From Tubulanus polymorphus (lineage: Eukaryota > Animalia > Nemertea), in contig NC_134027.1 of assembly GCF_964204645.1 (NCBI RefSeq), forward strand, positions 20,670,560-20,734,559: a stretch of 64,000 nt of DNA, in the 5' to 3' direction. A program made the translations under genes and the position numbers. Below are positions 59,823 through 64,000 of the stretch, piece after piece (the stretch's first letter is position 1; each line of letters begins with the position of its first letter). A model generated the notes under the pieces. That model worked only from the letters and a program-made list of their open reading frames with translations, did no database searches and was not told where the DNA came from.

Positions 59823-61290
59823 TTATAATATCGATGAAGGTGCCCCAGAAGCGAAATGCTTGTAAAAAGGGTCACCTCAACACACTGTTACAATCACACA
59901 ATCACATACACACTCACATTCATACAAAAGAAAAATCAATAATGTAATAAATGGCGAATAATTAGCTAAATCATATAGTTAGAGATTGTGGTATCTTAAG
60001 AATTTATATTCAAGTTCATGCAGAGATTTAGAAATTTGTAAACTGTTGGGAGGGTTTTGCCAAAGACTAGGTATTGAACGTAGAAATGAGTTATGAAATA
60101 CATTTTTTCGGTGATAGGAAATTCGTGGAAAATTACGCTGTCGCGTATTATAGCAATGATATGATGAATTTCTTCTGAATAGACAGATTATTTTGGTTGG
60201 AAGTTGGTTATTAATGAAAAGGTATGCATATTTTATTGATTCAAATTTAATTAGGTCATCAAATTTAAGAATTTTGAAGCCTTGGAATAAAGGATTTGAT
60301 GGGCTGTTGTATTTTGTTTTGCCTATAATTCTAAGTCCCTTTTTCTGTAACTTTGTTATTCTATTATGATTTGATTTAGAAATCAATGGAGCCCAGGCTA
60401 TAAGAGAAAATGAGAGGTGAAAATGAATGTAACTATCATACAGTTGTTTAAGGCAAAGGGAAGGAACAATGTGTTTAATACAATTCAGAAGGTATAAGTT
60501 ACTAGAGACTTTTTTACAGATTTTATTAACATGTAAATTGAAATCTAAATGTTCATCTATTTCAAGACCTAGCGACGATGCCGATGACGATAGATTAATG
60601 GTTTCATTGTTTACTCGAAGAGTGTATTGATCATTTTTGATTAAGATATTTCTATTGGGTTTGAATAATACTAATTTAGTCTTAGATAAATTTAACGTCA
60701 AATTGTTTGAACGAAACCAATCATATAAAATAGACATATCGTCACTCAATGATGTAAATAATTCTTGAATACATTTTCCCGTGATGTATACAGTGGTGTC
60801 GTCTGCAAACAAAATAGAGTTACACTTTTTAAGGCAGAGATAAAGATCATTAGTATAAATCAAGAAAAGTAGAGATCCTAGCACAGATCCTTGAGGGATT
60901 CCATAATTGACCGGTAGTTTACAAGAATTGGTATTTTTGAAATTTACACACATTTCTCTATTTTCTAAATAGCTTTTAAACCAAGACAATGCTGGACCTC
61001 TAATGCCATACACGTATAATTTATTTAATAAGTAACTAATATTAAGACAGTGAAAGGCTTTACTAAGGTCAATAAATGCTGCAAGTGTAAAAGAGTTATT
61101 TTCGAAGCCTGTGATTATATTGCCAATAAGTTCCATATTCGCATGTGTCGTCGAATGACCTGTCCTAAAGCCATATTGGCTATTATATAGTATAGAATTC
61201 TTCCGTAGATAACCATACAAACGTTTGTGTACGATCTTTTCAAGTACTTTGGATATACATGGTAATAATGATATGGGTCGGTAGTTTGTG
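59823..61290 (-). mobile_element. 5'-truncated CR1/L2-group LINE (RT)
   Basis: Starts at TNYRPISLLPCISKVLEK; QYGFR, FIDLSKAF, GIPQGSVLG and LFADD; 3' stem-loop and short tail at about 59823-59875. Confidence 0.93.
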
Positions 61291-62964
61291 AAATCAGATG
61301 TATTATTAATTGATATATTCGAAAGGTTTAGAGATGTAAATCTAAAATATTTTAATATTGATCCATGCTACCGTTATTCTGGTCCAGGTTTAACTTGCGA
61401 TTGTGGTTTAAAATTTACAGGAGTAAAAATGGATTTATTTACAAATATAGATAAATTATTATTATTTGAAAAATCTAAAAGAGGTGTTTCAGGTGTATGT
61501 GATAGATATTTCAATGTAAATGATAATCCTGGATATAAGTTATTATATATAGATGCAAATAATCTATATGTTTGGGCAATGATGGAACCACAGCCTTATG
61601 GAGTATTTTAAATAACTGAAATTTTACAGCACGAAAAATGTTGATAAATTTGATTGGAAGGAAAGAATTCCAGATATTGCAGATGATTCAGATACTGGTT
61701 ACTTTTTTGTTGTAGACTTGGAATATCCTGAACTTATTTAATTTAAATCTAGAAATCTAGCATACTGTCCTGAACATAAAACTGTGACAAAATGAAGAAT
61801 TATCAAATTATCAAAAAAGAATCAAACCTGAAAACCATATTCATACAGAAAAGTTAATGGTAACTCAAGAAGATAAATATAATTATGTAGTACATTATAT
61901 AATTTTAAAATTCTAGTTGAAACAAGGAATGATTCTAAAAAAGTACATAGATATATTTCATTTAGTCAATCTAAATGGTTAGAAAAATATATAGATTTTA
62001 ACACCAATCAGTGAACTAAATCTAAAAGTGATTTTGAGAAAGATTTTTTCAAGTTAATGAATAATGCATTCTATGGTAAAACTTGTGAAAATATTAGAAA
62101 TAGAAATGATATTGAGTTAGTTAGTAATGGTTAAAGAATTAAACATTTACAAACATATCCTAAATTTATTGGTAACAGAATATTTGATGACAATTTAGCT
62201 GCTGTTAAAATGAGGAGAACAAGTATGGAATTTAATAAACCAATTTATGTTGGAGCATCAGTTTTAGAAATATCAAAATTATTAATGTATGAATTTTACT
62301 ATAACGTATAACAACCTCATTTTGGAGAAAAACATAAATAAATATTATACTTCGATACTGGCAGTTACATGCTAAAAATCAAGACAAATAACATAACAGA
62401 TAATTTAAATACATTAAAACATCATTTGATTTCAGTAACTATCCAAAAGATCGTGAATTGTTTAGTAACGAAAATAAAAATGTTCCTGGGAAGTTTAAGG
62501 ATGAATTAGGTGGTGAAGAAATGATAGAGTTCATTGGAATTCGATCTAAAATGTATTGTTATTAAACCAAAACTCATGAATCTAAAAAATTGAAAGGTAT
62601 TACAAAAAGCCTTATTGGAAAAAAACATTAATTTTAAACATTACATCAATTGTATATTTAATGAAAACATGAGATGAAATGTTTAAGATCCGAAGATCTT
62701 GAAATGTTTATAGAAGAGATAGAAAAGGTTAGTTTGAATCCTTTCGATGATAAAAGATATATTTTTTAGATGACGGAATTCATATAGCCGCTTATGGTTG
62801 CAATTTAGATGAATACTTAAAATTTAAAAGGGATGAAGAAAATGAAAATGAGATTATTAAAAGGATTATAACTGATGTTAATCGACTTTAATTCAATTTT
62901 AATAGAAAATATATTTAATAAAATGAAGTCAAAACAATCACAAACTATAAATATTTTCTATAAG
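61291..62964. repeat. Direct duplication, copy 2 (3' half of pPolB)
   Basis: Matches 58151-59822; unique Polinton sequence resumes at 62965. Confidence 0.97.
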
Positions 62965-63264
62965 AAATGTTCAAAATGTGAATTAAGTAAGCCATTTACA
63001 GAATATTATAATCATCAATATTCTAAAGATGGATTACGAAGTAAACTATATATTAAACAATATCAAGCAAATAATCCAGAAAAATGTAATAAAAAAATTG
63101 ACGTTGGCGAGCTAAAAATCGTTAATGTTATAATGAACATCAATATAATTATAAAAAAGAAAGATATAAAAACCGATTTTAATTGTAAAATGAAACAATA
63201 TTTTTCTCGCGCGAGAAAAATAAAAAAACGGGCCACTGTGAAAATTTTTTCATCGTTGCTCTAG
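62923..63264 (+). pseudogene. Polinton accessory ORF with a CxxC zinc-binding motif, decayed
   Basis: KKCSKCELSKPFTEYY...SKDGLRS resembles the CxxC...KDG.R..C module of HNH/zinc-finger accessory proteins. Confidence 0.45.
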
Positions 63265-63909
63265 CCGTACAGAAAAACCTATTAGTATGGCCCGAATCAA
63301 CCACCATAGATAATACCAATTGATGATGAAAATAAATTATATAGTGATTTAAAAAATGATTACTTAGTTATGACCGAATTACAAAAATAGGTTGGATATG
63401 CTTCATTTCAATTGGGTGGAATAATGACATTAATTTCTACCGGAGTAATTACATTTTCTAATATCAAACCTATAGAATACAAAGATAAAAAGTCAGATAA
63501 TGTCGAAGAGATATTGAATCAGAACAAAAATTAACTAAAATAAATGAGTGATGATATTAAGAAAAAGCCTAGATCTGAAAAACAAATTAAATGGGCCAAG
63601 GAATTAGGTAAAAATCTTCTAAGTTAAAAAGAGCCAAGAAAAAGAAATTAATTGATATAAATGAATCACAGAAATTATCTGACATTAATTCGAATGATAA
63701 TCCATCTAATTCTTCTAATACTGGAAGAAATAATAACTTGTATATTACAATTGGATTAATCACAGTAATTATATTCTCTGGTGTAATATGTAAATTTAAA
63801 TTTAATAATAATGATGATGATGATGATAAACCTATTATACCAGATAATAAATCAAATGATAAAATCATTGAAAATAAATCTAAATTATCATTAATGGATT
63901 AAAATAAGA

Positions 63910-64000
63910 TGAAAAAAGAACAATATTTAAGAAATATATATTATATAACCCAGAGAGTGAAGTATCATATTCTAGTGTTTCAGAATTATGGGATAAAATA
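63910..64000 (+). pseudogene. Probable N-terminus of a Polinton retroviral-like integrase (partial)
   Basis: MKKEQYLRNIYY-(frameshift)-NPESEVSYSSVSELWDKI matches the L..IYY.P.....YS...L start of Maverick integrases; truncated by the window end. Confidence 0.5.

Larger units (their letters stand above)
55135..64000 (+). mobile_element. Decayed Polinton/Maverick (adintovirus-like) element that runs past the window end
   Basis: Abrupt shift to extreme AT richness. Gene remnants in order: small ORF (55213-55553), ZnF-pPolB, CxxC ORF, small hydrophobic ORFs, and an integrase-like N-terminus. Confidence 0.85.

Overview
This is AT-rich eukaryotic DNA with spliceosomal introns; the repeat and gene content suggest a marine invertebrate, probably a lophotrochozoan. 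Host genes: a Methuselah/adhesion-type class B GPCR with a frameshift in an A-run; a 9-exon gene for a CBM20 (glycogen/starch-binding) protein with only phase-1 introns; a cluster of intronless class A GPCRs (two near-identical tandem copies, a diverged paralog, a pseudogene and an unrelated fifth receptor); an 8-exon BHMT-like methyltransferase; an orphan death-domain exon; and a 4-exon KLHL10. Mobile DNA is abundant. BHMT intron 2 holds a very young BEL/Pao LTR retrotransposon inserted into a decayed Polinton/Maverick-type protein-primed DNA polymerase (pPolB). A second, larger Polinton-like element fills about 55.1-64 kb, and there are several CR1/L2-group LINEs, Helentron-like elements and MITEs. 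The most notable observations are: (1) a 5'-truncated LINE flanked by a ~1.67-kb direct duplication, with a similar LINE-at-junction layout at the GPCR duplication; (2) the CBM20 protein, which resembles STBD1 with the domain order reversed; (3) a BHMT with the betaine-pocket residues replaced; (4) zinc-finger-tipped pPolB elements, one next to a 149-bp hairpin. All calls come from manual reading; no database searches were run.
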